Source: Rhynchobatus australiae
Taxonomy: Eukaryota
Direction of reading: 5' to 3'
Assembly (NCBI GenBank): GCA_034780895.1
Contig: JAUZTB010000118.1
Span: 72,490,670-72,554,669 of the forward strand
DNA: 64,000 nucleotides
A program made the position numbers and the translations under genes. Positions 36,646 through 50,008 of the stretch are shown one piece after another; the stretch's first letter is position 1; each line of letters opens with the position of its first letter. The notes beneath the pieces were generated by a model. That model did no database searches. It was given only the letters and a program-made list of their open reading frames with translations, and was not told the origin of the DNA.

Positions 36646-39257
36646 CTGCAACAAATCCCAAAGACTGCAAGCCAGTTTTTGTACAGTTTCACATAAACAC
36701 ACACAGTGGAATTATCTTGAAAACAAATAAGATAAAACATCAGTTAGGGTTGCAAGTGTGACTGGTAATGAAATCTAATTGTATACAAGGGTAGATGCCC
36801 GTTATTGACTTGTCAGGCTGAGCTATTATACCTTCATATAAAGATCTCATTGGAAACAGAAGAGAGTATGCAGTTATGGAGTATGTACCATCATTATTCT
36901 GAATAATTGTAATTAAAGGAGCAATGTGTCTCAGGGAAGTCATGCTGTTGGAATAGCTAACAGTGACTTTATTGCTAACGATCTGCCAGAAGAGCCTATA
37001 TCATGTGAATCTACTTTTCTCATTGATTTAATGGATAAGCATCACACCTCCACAGTATGGTCTACACTGTAATAAAGTGGCTACAGCAAGGGTGCCACAT
37101 TAATAAATATTAAAAAGCTATTTCAGTGTCAGCAAAATGCATCAAGTCAGCTTGTAGCTTTCATGATTGTTTAGTGACTTAATACACCGTCCAATTAATT
37201 TCCAATCTGTTGAAGAGTTAAACAATCTCAGCTGTGTCACGAGTTAAAATTAAAATTTGCTGCACCAGCTGAACCAGGGAGAAAAGGGAAAAGAGAGTGA
37301 CATGCCAGCCTTCTATTCCTTGACTGTTTTCCAGCAATCTTTGTTGCCAAATGCAACTGTGCAATTGTAAAGTTTTACAGCACAGAACAAGGCCATTCAG
37401 CCCACACAAGAAATGCAAGCTTGTTGATAGCCAGGAGGGGAAGTTTCAGGTAAATTGCAATGCTTTCAAAGTTCAATCACTTCTATTTCTCAGTTATAAG
37501 GAGTGACCATTTGAACTATACCCCAGAGACCACTGCTAGTCAGATGTTTAGATCATCAAAAGTGAACACATTCATGAAGGAAACATTCAAAGTAAAATCA
37601 AACATGAAGGTCAGCCTCAATATTTTCCCTCCAATTGAGAAAACAAAATGGTGACAATGCAATGGAAAAAGTGACTAAATGCTATATTTTGATCTGAATA
37701 TAAAGCAAATGGATGATCTCATGTGACTTAACCTTCCCAGTTGAGTCACCATGCTGACCTAACATTTCTATTTCCAACAAAAGGAATCTCAGTTTCTGAG
37801 TGATAATCTCCAATTAGTACCATCAGTTTAGGGTTTATAAGATTTGGCTTATAACACCTTGTCCATTGGGAACTGAGTTGAGACAGCCTAAACAGATTTC
37901 ACAAGCTCTTTAATAACCATCAAGAATGGAACATTTTCATTGTACTCATTTGAATTGGATTTAACAACAAAAGAAAACATTTTTAATCCATTGAATTATA
38001 CAATCATTGTATTTTTTTTAAAAAAGGCAACAGGTTATCAATCTAGAGTTGGATCTCAATTGTCAATATTATGTAAAATATAGCTCAATATGAAGAATGC
38101 AAATTTTGTCTGTGGCTTTCTAGTTAGCAAGTTCAAAAGGTATAGAAAATCTTTACGACTATTGAGTTTTGGAATAAATTGACTCAGAAGTGTTGATGAA
38201 TAACAAATTATACAGCTGACATAAATCCACATTCAAAATAGACTTTATATACCTGCCAGAATTCTCACTTGCTACNNNNNNNNNNNNNNNNNNNNNNNNN
38301 NNNNNNNNNNNNNNNNNNNNNNNNNNNNNNNNNNNNNNNNNNNNNNNNNNNNNNNNNNNNNNNNNNNNNNNNNNNTAACAAATTATACAGCTGACATAAA
38401 TCCACATTCAAAATAGAATGTGGATCCTGTGGAATTCAAGATATCTAGCTGAGTTAACTTGTATTAAGCAAGTGTATGCAAAGGTACATATTCAGACCAA
38501 TTTTGTGGACTTTATTCCTTGCAAATAGGAGATTGAATTACAATTAGGCCATGAAGGTCATAAGACCAGTGATGCCATGCATCCTCCTGTCCTGCATAGG
38601 ATGAATGGACCTTTGGAAACTGCTTCATTATGTGCATCTTAGACAACTGTGTGTGAGAAATTGGATTGCACCAATTTATTGTGCATTAAAATGTGGCGAG
38701 TTTGGCATGAATGTCCAATTGGGTCCCACACAAAAAAAGGGTATTGCCCAAAATCCAGTTTGAAAAGGGTTTATACCAAGAAACAAGCACTAAAATGGGG
38801 CTTCCACCTCAAAAGGATACATCTTGCAAATCACTGTGCTGCAAAGCATGCAGAGGAATACATTAGCCATTTAAGGCACACTCCCCAAAACAACACTTCA
38901 GCTGCCACATTGGAGATGGAAATTACAGGGGAAAATGATTCAGCTGTAACAAAATGAAAATTGAGCAACAGAAGATGCTGGAAATTCTGATACAAAACTA
39001 GAAAATTGCTGGAAACAGGTCAGATGGCATCTGAGGAGAGAAAACAAGTCAGTACAATTCTTTTTCCACAGATGCTACCTGACCTGCAGAATAATACCAA
39101 CATTTTACATTAAAATCACCCATACAGTCTTGACCAAGAGATAAATGGCAGGAGGGTTCTGTGCAGAAGGGGGATAGAATATCTACACCTACCAAGCTCA
39201 GATATAGAGCTTGGTAAAGGATTGCTACAGTAGATCCCTCTTAGGGTAAGAATCTGT

Positions 39258-39730
39258 AGGGGTACAGCTAGTAGAGCCACTGCCTCCCAGTTCCAGAGAC
39301 CCTGGTCCAATCCTGATCTCTGACACTGTCTGCACGTTCTTCCTGTGACTGTGCGGGTTTTCAATCGTATATTCTGGTTCTCTCCCACATGCTGTGGAAA
39401 GAGCAACATAATTAACATGTCAGGTCAAAGATCCTTTGCCAGAACCAGAATGGAGAGAAAACAAGTCAGTATAATTCTTCCACAGATGCTACCCAACCTG
39501 CAGAAAAATACCAACATTTTATATTTTTAAAATCATGCTGGTTTCTAAAAACATACTGGTTGGTAGGTTAAGTTCCTGTAATGTGCCTCTAGAATGGTAG
39601 ACTTGATGTCTTGATGGGAACGTGGGAGAATAAAATGGAACTAATGTAGGATTAGTGCAAGAATTGGGCACTTGATGGGCAGAACAGATTCGCTGGGCTG
39701 AAGGGCCTGCTTCCAGGCTGTATGTCTGAA
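39258..39730 (+). mobile_element. V-SINE, degenerate and interrupted
   Basis: cctcccagttccagagaccctggtccaatcctg..tgcacgttcttcctgtgactgtgcgggttt..ctcccacat; tail gggctgaagggcctg. Confidence 0.6.
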
Positions 39731-40279
39731 ATGGCATGTTGCTGATCTCAAAGTATGCCAAGATGAGCTGCTTACACCTGCATAGTGGAGATCCTCACAG
39801 AAAAAGATTGATTATGCAGAGGTCTAAGTTGTTTACATGAGAAGTCACTCAGAAAGAAATAGAGTTCTTAGTAAGCCATTAAAGTAATTGGAGCATGGAT
39901 TTATGTNNNNNNNNNNNNNNNNNNNNNNNNNNNNNNNNNNNNNNNNNNNNNNNNNNNNNNNNNNNNNNNNNNNNNNNNNNNNNNNNNNNNNNNNNNNNNN
40001 NNNNNNCCTTGTTTCCCAAATATTCATTCAGTTATTCATTCATGTGTTGGATTTTGTGCAGCTGGACCTGCACAGCAGTACGAGAAGGAAAATTAATGTG
40101 TCATCTGGTCTGTCAGCTGATTGTTGCTGTGGAGAGAGTCACCAGTTTTGTACTGAGGAATTTTAGTTTGTAGGCTCCTTATAAAATATATTTGTTGAAG
40201 TGAGCCCTTTGCATCCTGAGCTACCAAAGCCTGTAGCTAGGAGATGAGACTATGGATACTGAATACAGACATCCTTCTG

Positions 40280-41150
40280 GTAGTCTTCTTTATCCTGCTC
40301 TACAAACTATTATATTGATCCTCAGGATCTGGGTCTCCTGGTTACTCTCTGGCATCAGAGTTTGCACTAGATTGTTCAACATGCAGTACATGACAATAAG
40401 GTTTCCACATCTATTTGGCATGTGCCACATGGGGTCCTCAGATTGATACAAGCAACAAAACTCTGGTTGAAGAGACCAATGGCATTTTCCATTACCACCT
40501 CAGTACTCACATGGCTCACTGTATCTGCTGGGTTGGAGAGCACAGGAGTGAGAGCCAGGAAAGTAGAGGGTAGCCCTTGATATGCAGAATCTCTTACAGA
40601 CAGCAGCAATTGCTTCAGAATTGCTGACTCACTCAGGATGGAGGAGTTGCATGCTTCCCAGAAAAATGGCACGCATCAGGAAATACAAGGTAGTTGTGGA
40701 ACAAAAGTATGTTGAAGGAGTGGAAAACCTTCCTGTCCTTATGACTGAGGTTGCAAAATGGAGCCCTGATGAGAACATCCAGCTAATTCCTTGCTGCACT
40801 TCTGGAAGGCCAGCAATACTAGCAAACCCCAATGCTCAAGAAATCACTCATTCCTCACCGAAGCAAAATTAAATGAAGATATTTGTGTGAAACGAGTGCC
40901 GGGGTGGCTTCTCTGATGCAGTGGAGAGCAGCAAGTGAGGGAACGTGCCAGACATCTGCTACAGCTACTTGGAAAGATCCTGTACCAAGGAAGTAGAGTC
41001 AATGCAACTTTGACCTCCACAGAGAGCAGTCTACGCATGAGCCTGGTCAAAGTTCTCCCTGCAGAACATCACATCTCAGGAATGACAGCCTTCAAAAACC
41101 TGACCCTGAGAAATTCTTGATCAGAGAGACCCAGGTAGGACATGGCATCA
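40280..41150 (-). mobile_element. Decayed PIF/Harbinger-type transposase
   Basis: Collinear minus-strand remnants LSVEVKVALTL, GFASIAGLPEVQQGI, SSILSES..RDSAYQ..LTPVLSNP..HVSTEVVMENAIGLFNQSF resemble HARBI1-type motifs (IAGFPxVxGAID, GDSGYP, HxxTRxxIExxFGxLKxRF). Confidence 0.65.
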
Positions 41151-41430
41151 CAGAACACTAAGGGAGGTAGGCCCTTCACTGATGGGCATATCTTTGCCTC
41201 CTGTCCCACCTTTAGTGGTCAGCTGCAGCCATTATGACACCTTCAATGGAATGCTGCCAGAGCTGTCACCACTGAAGCACCATTTGGAGGAGCATCTCAG
41301 AAGCCAATGCTAGTAAAATCATCTCCCATCAGTTATAGCACCATGTGGCTTTGAAAGGTGTTTAAGCAGCCTTCAATCTCTTCTGAAGCTGCCTATGCTT
41401 CTCAATGTCAGTGAGGTCTCACCTAAAATA

Positions 41431-41709
41431 CAGGAAGTCCCTGGGTTATGAACAAATTCCATTTGAGACTGTTCATATCCCGATTTTGAATGCAACTTGG
41501 AACAGTGTCTGCACATGCGCACTTGGCCCAGGGATTGTGGCCGTGCACACGGCCCCAGCTGCACACATGTACTTGGCCTGGGGTTGGGCCAAAGGTGTAC
41601 TGCTGCCATGGTAGGATCAGGGGCCAGGCCCACTTACAGACTGACCACAAAGGTCGGTTCATGAGTACAGGCATTTGTAAGTCAGACATTTGTAAGTCGG
41701 GGAGTGCTG
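41431..41709. mobile_element. Tigger/pogo-like non-autonomous DNA transposon
   Basis: Left end TA|CAGGAAGTCCCTGGGTTATGAA; reverse complement of the right end CAGCACTCCCCGACTTACAAA, with a duplicated subterminal catttgtaagtc. Confidence 0.55.
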
Positions 41710-42234
41710 ATTTTTGTGCAACTTTTGTGAAACCAAACTACCAAAAAGCTTCAAGTTCAGTTGAGACTGTTCCACAACAGTCGTTATGTGGATAGGTCTG
41801 CTCCAATTTATGCTGTTTATTTCTGCAAATTATGCAATCCTCCCTTTGCAAGATGCTACACACAAATAGCACACAGTACTACCAGATAAAGTTTTGTACC
41901 TGGTCTAAGTTCACCCAGAAATGATCTCCAGTGCAGTTTACTCTGGGTAAAGTTGAGACTGGCAATCCTTGCATCCAAAAAGCAGACCAGCCAATTTCTG
42001 GGCTCCTATTTATTTGACACTTATGTCTATTCAAATAGATTTCTACAGTAATATGGCAGACAGTGAGTTTTCAGATTTTTCTGTCTTCCTAAAGCATTCA
42101 ATCATCCTCATTCCCTTTGTCTAGTGATTGGTAGATATGATTTCTGTTGGAAAGCCCCAAGCTCTTAAATGTTCTCCACAAATCTCTACCACTTCACCCG
42201 TTTCCTTGTGAAAGCACATTTCTTTGACACAAGA

Positions 42235-42370
42235 GCATAAAGCATACAAAATAGAAGCTGGTGTCAGCCACTTAGAGCCTTGCTCCTGCTCTGCCATTCA
42301 ATAAGATCATGACTGATCTTTTGTCAAATCCATTTTCCTGCACTAACCCCTTATCCCTTGATCCCCTTAA
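42235..42370 (-). mobile_element. CR1 3' UTR fragment
   Basis: gccattcaataagatcatgactgatct..taaccccttatcccttgat. Confidence 0.55.
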
Positions 42371-44239
42371 ATCAAAGTGACCAAGGTGTTAGTCTTTTAA
42401 TATCCCCTTCTGTGACTCAGCATCTATTTTTGTCAGATGTTCTTTTATTTATGGTNNNNNNNNNNNNNNNNNNNNNNNNNNNNNNNNNNNNNNNNNNNNN
42501 NNNNNNNNNNNNNNNNNNNNNNNNNNNNNNNNNNNNNNNNNNNNNNNNNNNNNNNAGTATTAAATCCTAAGGGCTGTACGTTCATTGTTAAATTCATTTT
42601 TTGTATATCAAAAGCAAGGACAGAACTTATTCCATTTATTTTGATGCACTTTCCATCAAAAGATTATGGAATAGCTATTAATTGTTGAGGTCATACTTGT
42701 ATTTTTTGTTATCCAGAGATGGACCTATTATCATCCCTGTTTGAGACTAGAGCTTCATGACTGAGTAGAACTAAATTCACATTGATAAACTTTTACTAAA
42801 TCTGACATCAGTAACTAGAGATTGAGTGTTACCAAATCAAAACTGTTTATTTCAGATCCCATTGATAAAAATTCTATTAAAACAAGTAATTACATCTTCA
42901 GACTATTTGCAAAATACTCCAATAATTGCAAGTCCACTTGATTATTTTAGTTGTGTTCCTAGTACTAATCTATTTTATATCCTTAATAAGTAATTGCAAT
43001 AGTTTTCAACTTGTGTTCAGAGTAAACAATTTTTTTTTAAAAAGGCAATTTTCTTTGCCAGAGTAAGGCCTTTAACACATTCAGCAGAATGTTGTACTTG
43101 GCAGCTTTCATTCTTTAGCTTCAAATTATTATGTTTACCACTGGGATAAGCCACAAAATTGTTATTCTATTTTATATTATAAATACACATTGACTTGCAT
43201 CATTATGATGATTTCTGTTGGAAAACTCTAGGATACATTCTCCTGCTATAAATCACAGCCCTTCAGCTGGGAAGTGAACCTTATTCAATTAGTCCTTCTA
43301 CAAAAAATAATTTTGCTCCAAATAATACCATAGGGTGACAAACGTGGGAAAATCTTGTCTCTTGTATGTGTTGTGGTTAAAATTATTCTTTAATACTTGT
43401 TCCTAGAATGTTCAAATGATACAAAAAGATTAAAACAGAAAACACTGGTAATACTCCATCTGGGTAGCACATGTGGATAGAGAACCCAAGCCTTTCATGG
43501 GAAACACCTATCTTTTCACATACTGCCTGACCTGCTGAATACTACTAGCACTTCCTGCAATTTCCAGAATCTTTGCTTCTGAAACTGTACAGTTTGGAAA
43601 TTTGATTGGAAGAATCAAAATTTCATTGTACTGGAAGAATGACTTAAACATTAATTCTGTATCAGACGTCAGTGAATTCAACTGTTCCAGTGTAGTGCTG
43701 GCAGAGGTTGGGAGGTCTGGTCAGGGTGGTGCTGCATTCAAGTGTAACAACCAGGGAGTATGCATTGCTCGATAAAAATTATTCTGGGTCATACAGAAGC
43801 ATGATTAAACAAAGCAATCAGCTTTCTCTAATGAATAATTTCTGTATTTACTGGAGGGAGACATTCAAGTATTTATTCAAAATGCCTTATGGCAAACAAG
43901 GCTATCACAAATTGTAAAAGCTTGCACTCCATAAATGTGCAGCTGTTGTGCAACCACAAAGATGTTCGTGCAGGTATCTGGACAGTTCCTGATGACTGCC
44001 ATGACGACTTCATGCTGCAACAATTCATGCTTCCTGATCTATTTACGATTAAGATAGAAATATCAGCAGACTGCTTGGTAACAAGGAGCAGCCCCTTTCA
44101 CTGCTTGGTGACGTCTGTGATGAGAATAAGCAATAGCACCAATGAATAGTATGACCCAAAGTATCAGAGCACCAGATGAGTCATTGGGCAAGCTCTCAGA
44201 AAGATGAACATGTGCTTCAGGTGGATGGACAAATCTGAG

Positions 44240-44870
44240 CAGATTCCAAATTGTGATGAAAATAGAAAATGCTGTGAATACTCAACAGATGAGGCAGCAT
44301 CTGTGGAGAAAGAGGTGAACCTTGTTGATAACCTTTTCTTAGAAAAAGGAAAAGCTAGAAGCTGTTTTATCTTAAGGGGAGGGATGGAGAGAATGAATGG
44401 AATGTCTACGATAAGATGACCAAGAGGAACTGAGTGACACAGATGGTGCTGGCACCAGCTGAGAGTGCTGAAGGCTTATATAATTGCAGCTGATCTGTAA
44501 GGAGGAAGCATAAACAGAAGGGTAGGCAAAGCTAGAACTGAGGTGCAAAATGCAGTTGCTGGAAATATGAAATAAAAGAATGCTGGAAAAATGCCTTTCG
44601 GTCAACAGCATCTGTGGACAGAAAAACTGAGCAAAGATTGTTTGATGACCTTGTATCAGAACCAGCCAGTTCTGACAAACTGGAAAAGTTAATTATCTGA
44701 ACTATTTCAATTCAATTTGAGTCCTGGGGACTGTAACATGCCTAAATGGAAGAGGAGATATTCCTCAAGATTACTTGAACTTCAGTGGAAAGGAGTAAGA
44801 GGCCAAAGACAGAGCAGCCAGAGAGGAAGAGGGATGGAGAATGAAAGTGATAGGCAAATGGATGCTCAAC
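44240..44870 (-). mobile_element. Penelope-like 3' end with two terminal-repeat copies
   Basis: Reverse complement of 44700-44770 gives LEEYLLFHLGMLQSPGL (GIY-YIG C-terminus); repeats aatgctg..cagcatctgtgga at ~44265 and ~44578. Confidence 0.65.
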
Positions 44871-45924
44871 ATTTGGTAAGTAAAAGCTTTTTTGCTGCTC
44901 AATAGCTTCAATATGCATGTATAAGAGTCTTCAGATTTAGCATGTATTGCATATTACAGCAATAAGGACTGAACAAAAGTCACATGTCACAGAACAGCCT
45001 TTCCAAACAATGAGGTAGAGGGGAAGGACATCAGAGGGGGAAAAAGCAGGAGTTAATGCAAGCGATGCACCAGTGCATTGCTGGCAAGGGAGTCCAAGAA
45101 GTTGCCAGCTCCATGGCTTTCGCGNNNNNNNNNNNNNNNNNNNNNNNNNNNNNNNNNNNNNNNNNCCCCCCCGAATGTACAACAGCCCTGAAAGCATAGC
45201 ACAACCTTCCACTTGCCACTTTTCCATTTTTCATAATTCCACTTAGTTTTTGCCAAGTGACTTTTTAAGCTATTAAAAAATTTTCCAGGGCAGAATATTA
45301 AACATTACTCTTGCATTACAAGTCCATGCATATCATTTGGCAACTTCTAATCCATTCAATTTCTCTTGCTGGAAGCCTACATACAGAAGTCTGAGGCATT
45401 CAAATCCCTGCTCTGGCTATTGAGATGTTTTTAAAGAGTTTCCTGTGTTGAGCTCCATAGATTGCTCAGTCTATATCTGTGTAGGGGCAGGATCACCCAG
45501 GCAAGAGACAGTAAGTGGAGTAATGACTAAATAGGGAGAATGAGTGAGAAGTGAAAGCACTGATTCAATCATCCACGTCCATGATCCCTACCACCAACAT
45601 CCCTTTCATAGTCCTCTCTTACTTCCCTCCTAGTGATAAGCTGCAGAACACTTGTGTCACCTGTTCAACTGGTCAGGAAACAAACAGTTGTCCATCCTGT
45701 TCAGTACAGTATTCATAGTGTGCAATTCCCCAGCAAAGGCCTGCAAGTACTCAGGGTAAGTGGCCACTCTTGTATTAGATGAGGACATTGTTATAACAAC
45801 CTATCACTCATGCTCTGTATGCTCCTGACTGCAGTCAGCAATTTCTGAAAGTATGGATGGTGCATCTGGAACATTAATCAGTACACCTCAAATTTCTTTG
45901 CTAATCCTCCAGAAGTATACAGAA

Positions 45925-46780
45925 TTGGCATGATGGTAGGAAGCAGAGGTTGATGGTGGAAGGTTGTTTCTCAGACTGGGAGCCCATAACTAGTGGTGTT
46001 CCCCAGGGCTCAGTGCAGAGCCCATTGCTATTTGTCATTCATATCAATGATTTGGCTGAGAATGAGGTTAAGACTTTCACAATGAACATTGGGACCCTGG
46101 GCAACATTGTAGAACAGAGTGACCTAGGGGTACAAGTACATGGTTCCCTAAGAGTGGCATTCCAGGTAGTCAGGGTGGTGAAGGAGGCTTTTGGCATGCT
46201 GGCCTTCAGTCAGGGCACTGAGTATAGATGTTGGAATGTTATGTTGCAGTTGTACAAGATGTAGGTGAGACCACATTTGGAATATTGTGTTCAGTTTTGT
46301 TCATCCTGCAATAGGAAAGGTGTCATTAAGCTGGAAAGAGTGCAGAGGAGACTTACGAGGATGTTGCTGGGACTTGAGGGACTGAGTTATGGAGAGAGGT
46401 TGAGCAGGTTGGGACATTTTTCATTGGAGTGTAAGAGAATGAGGGGTGATCTTATAGAGGTGTAACAAATTATGAGCAGTGTAGATAGGCTGAATGCATA
46501 GTTGTTTCCCAGGGTTGGGGAAATCAAGAACTATAGGGCATTGGTTTAAGGTGAGAAGGGAGAGATTTACTAAGAATCTGAGGGGCAACTTTTCTCCTAG
46601 TGTATGGAATGAGCTGTCAGAGGAAGTGGTTGAGGTGGGTGCATTAACAACATTTAAAAGGTACTTGGACAGGTACATGGATAAGAAAGGTTTAGAGGGA
46701 TATGGGCCAAACACAGGGAATGGGAATCTTGGTCAGCATGGCTGAGTTGGGCTGAAGGGCCTGTTTCCATGCTCTGACTA
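45925..46780 (+). mobile_element. CR1 LINE, internally deleted
   Basis: SGVPQGSVQSPLLFVIHINDL; RPHLEYCVQF..LERVQRRLTRM. Confidence 0.9.
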
Positions 46781-48499
46781 AGTGCCTTCTTTTGTGATAG
46801 TGTCAAGATTTCTCATCTGAAAAGAGCTTTAGCACCCATGCCACTTGAATAGGGACAATGCTGTCCATGATTCCACCATGTATTCCTGCTCACATGTGAA
46901 GTACAATTCATCAGATGGCAATCTAATTGCCTCCACCAACTGAGGTGCGAGTATCTGGCTCAGTCAATGATTTGCATGTCAGTTTACTCTCGATATGAGG
47001 GACTTCCTGCTTTGAGGTCACTGCCATTCTCAAATTCATGCCCTGGGGATTCATGGGTGAAGATCTTCGGCAATGAAGACAGGAATTAGAATATAGGACC
47101 ATTCAACTCAGCATATCATCACTGGGTCACCGAAGGGAAATGCAGACCATATTCTTTGTTATGCAGCCAGATTCAAAATCCATCAAATTGCATGCCTGTA
47201 ATTTGTCTTTAAGTGGAGTTGAGGTTGAATTGTCATCATCATCAGAATGACGCAGCTTATTTTGTCGTGAAACCTAGAACTGTGCTAATTCTGTGGCTAC
47301 TTTGAGAGGTTCTGCCAAACACACTTTAGGAAATTGCAAATCTCCTGCCTACAAAACATGACAACTCCTCAGTGATAATGTGCCACTCAAAACTACTGCA
47401 GAACTCTAAGGTGTTCTGATATTTACAGCAATATCAAGATACACCAAAAAGCAGAAATGCAATTTGCAAATATCCTCCTACCAATTTTCTACATTTCAAA
47501 GAGCCTTCATATTTTTCATTAAGTTTCTGAACTTGATACTTTCAAATACAGGGAACCATAATTCCCTAATTCAACGTTCAACAGAAAAGTAAATGACTTC
47601 ATACATAACTCATTATAACATAGCTTTCCTTGATCTTCAAACCTGTATATTATATAACTGATTAGTAAAAGGAAAACTATTTTGCATTGCTGCTTCAGCA
47701 GAAGGACTTGTATAGACTGTTTCACCACATTAGACAGTTTTGGACCTGACAATCACTGTCATTTCTGTCAATGCACCACACTGCTTTATAAAAATTTACC
47801 TCTTCCCCACCCTATTTTTCCTCACATTCTTTCTACATTCTATACTCAAATACTCCAATTCCCTCCACTTTATATTTCTGCTATGCATTCTTGGACACAT
47901 TACTGAGTATTTGGCATATTTACTGAAAGAAAACACTTAGCACTGTGATTAAGACAGAAACCTTTTAGGCACCCTTCTCTGATGAACTAGCCAAATACTG
48001 CAAATTAATCCAAGAGAAAAAATAATAAGTAAGCACCAAAAATGAAATAAAAAATATAGCTATCAGATCTTAATGGATTTTCCATTAAATGGATCAGCAA
48101 CTCAAACAATCAAATCTTATTTTTATCCACAGAACCTGCATTTGTATCAGTCATTTTGGGTTAGTGCATTTAAAATGATTGGTAGAAGGATTATGTGCAA
48201 GAGGAAGACAAATCTTGCCTAGAGGTGATATTTATGTTTTCATTGGATCTTGACGGCACCTTGAACACACTACCTGATAGAGACAGGAAACCTCAAGACA
48301 TTTAAGTACTTGAATGTGCAATTGAAGAGCCATGATCTTCATGACTGCAGAACTTGTGCTGGAAGATGAGATTAGCTTGGGTAGCTCTTTCTTGGCCAGC
48401 ATAGACTTGGTGGAATGAATAGTCTCCTATGTTGCAAATTTTCTATAATTCTCTAGAATGAAGGCTAGATGACCAGGATTCACAAATGAACCAAAAATA

Positions 48500-48680
48500 A
48501 AAATAGAATGCTGGAAATACTCAGTAGGTCAAGCAGCATGTGTGGAGAAAGAAAGAAATAGTTATTTTTTAAATGCCAACAACAACCTGAAACAAGTTGT
48601 TTCTCTCTCCATTGATGCTGCCTAACCTGTTGAGTATTTTGGGCAATTTGATTTTATTTCAAATTTCCATCATCCAGAGG
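48500..48680. repeat. Hairpin element from head-to-head Penelope terminal-repeat halves
   Basis: aatactcagtaggtcaagcagcatg..ggagaaagaaa pairs with tttctctctcc..gatgctgcctaacctgttgagtatt. Confidence 0.65.
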
Positions 48681-49724
48681 TTTGGCTTTCCATTCACAAA
48701 TAACCAAATCAACTGATTTAAAATTTACATATACATTTTCTAAAGGATTATTTTTAAAGTGGTGCAAATCATCTCTACACTAGCATCAGTGATAAATATG
48801 CATATTTGATATGACTCAATGGTCATCATGAAAGGCACTGAATTAGGTCAGTGGTTTACAGCCATTTCCCACAGCTTATACAGAGAACATGGCAGAAATG
48901 ATTACACATCTTAAAGTGATTGACTATTAACAATACACTAGTTGGCCAAATCACATTTATCTAGAGACAAAGTAGGGTCAGAATTGGTGCACATTGTTTT
49001 TTGGCTATGGTTAAATTATGTAAGTTTTGTGGAATTGTTCTCATTGACTAAGATTCCAACCACTGGGGTGCATACTGGAACTGATACTCAGTTCCTGTGA
49101 TTCTAAGTTTTTTTTTAATGTTAGATGGAAATTCATTGGCAAGAGGAATGGTAAGAGAAACAAATATACTCCTGGTGTGAGGTTTTATTGCACATTTCAA
49201 CATATTTGCATCATTAATATTTGGCCTGTTCTTTTGCTCAGTGCTTACCAGTCACCTGCACACAAAACCTACTCCTGATGGGAGCAGTGCTCCAGGCAGG
49301 ATCTTCCAGCAAGTCCTAGTGTACTACAAGGTCATTCTTATCTGATGGGTTGAACAAACTCTGCTCATAATGGCTTTGACAACTAGTTAAGCCACACACC
49401 CAAGCTTACCAGTTGCCAGGAACAGCATGTTTGTGAACATCCGATGTACATAAGCATTCTAAATATTCAAAATTAGAAAATATACACGCAAATTAATATT
49501 TTGGAGAAAACAGATACCCTTCTCCCTTTCTTTCCACCTAGATAAATGCCCTCTTCCTCCACCCCTACTTTGTCTCATCTGCAAGCTTACACTTAATATT
49601 TAGCTCCCTCATAAATCTTGCATATTATTGTGAACAGCTGGGGCCCCAAACATCATTGGCCACTCAGAAAACACCTGTTATCTTTCCCTGTCAATAGAAG
49701 TACATTTTCTCTCATTTAGTCTGA

Positions 49725-50008
49725 CACCACAAGATAGAGGAGCAGAATTAGACCATTTGGCCTATCAAGTCTGGTCCACCATTCAATCATGGCTGATTTT
49801 TCTTCAACCCCATTCTTCCACCTTCTCCCTGTAACACCTGACCAATCAAGAACCTATTGATCTCTGCCTCAGCTTGGCCCCCACCATCCTCTGTGGGAAC
49901 AACTTCCACAGATTCACCACCCTCTGGCTCAAGAAATTCCTACTTAGCTTAGTTTTAAAGGGACATACCTTTATTCTGAGGCTCTGCCCTCACATCCTAG
50001 ACTCCAAC
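49725..50008 (-). mobile_element. CR1 3' end
   Basis: Same family as 16105-16410 (gagcagaattag..ttccacagattcaccaccctctggct). Confidence 0.8.
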
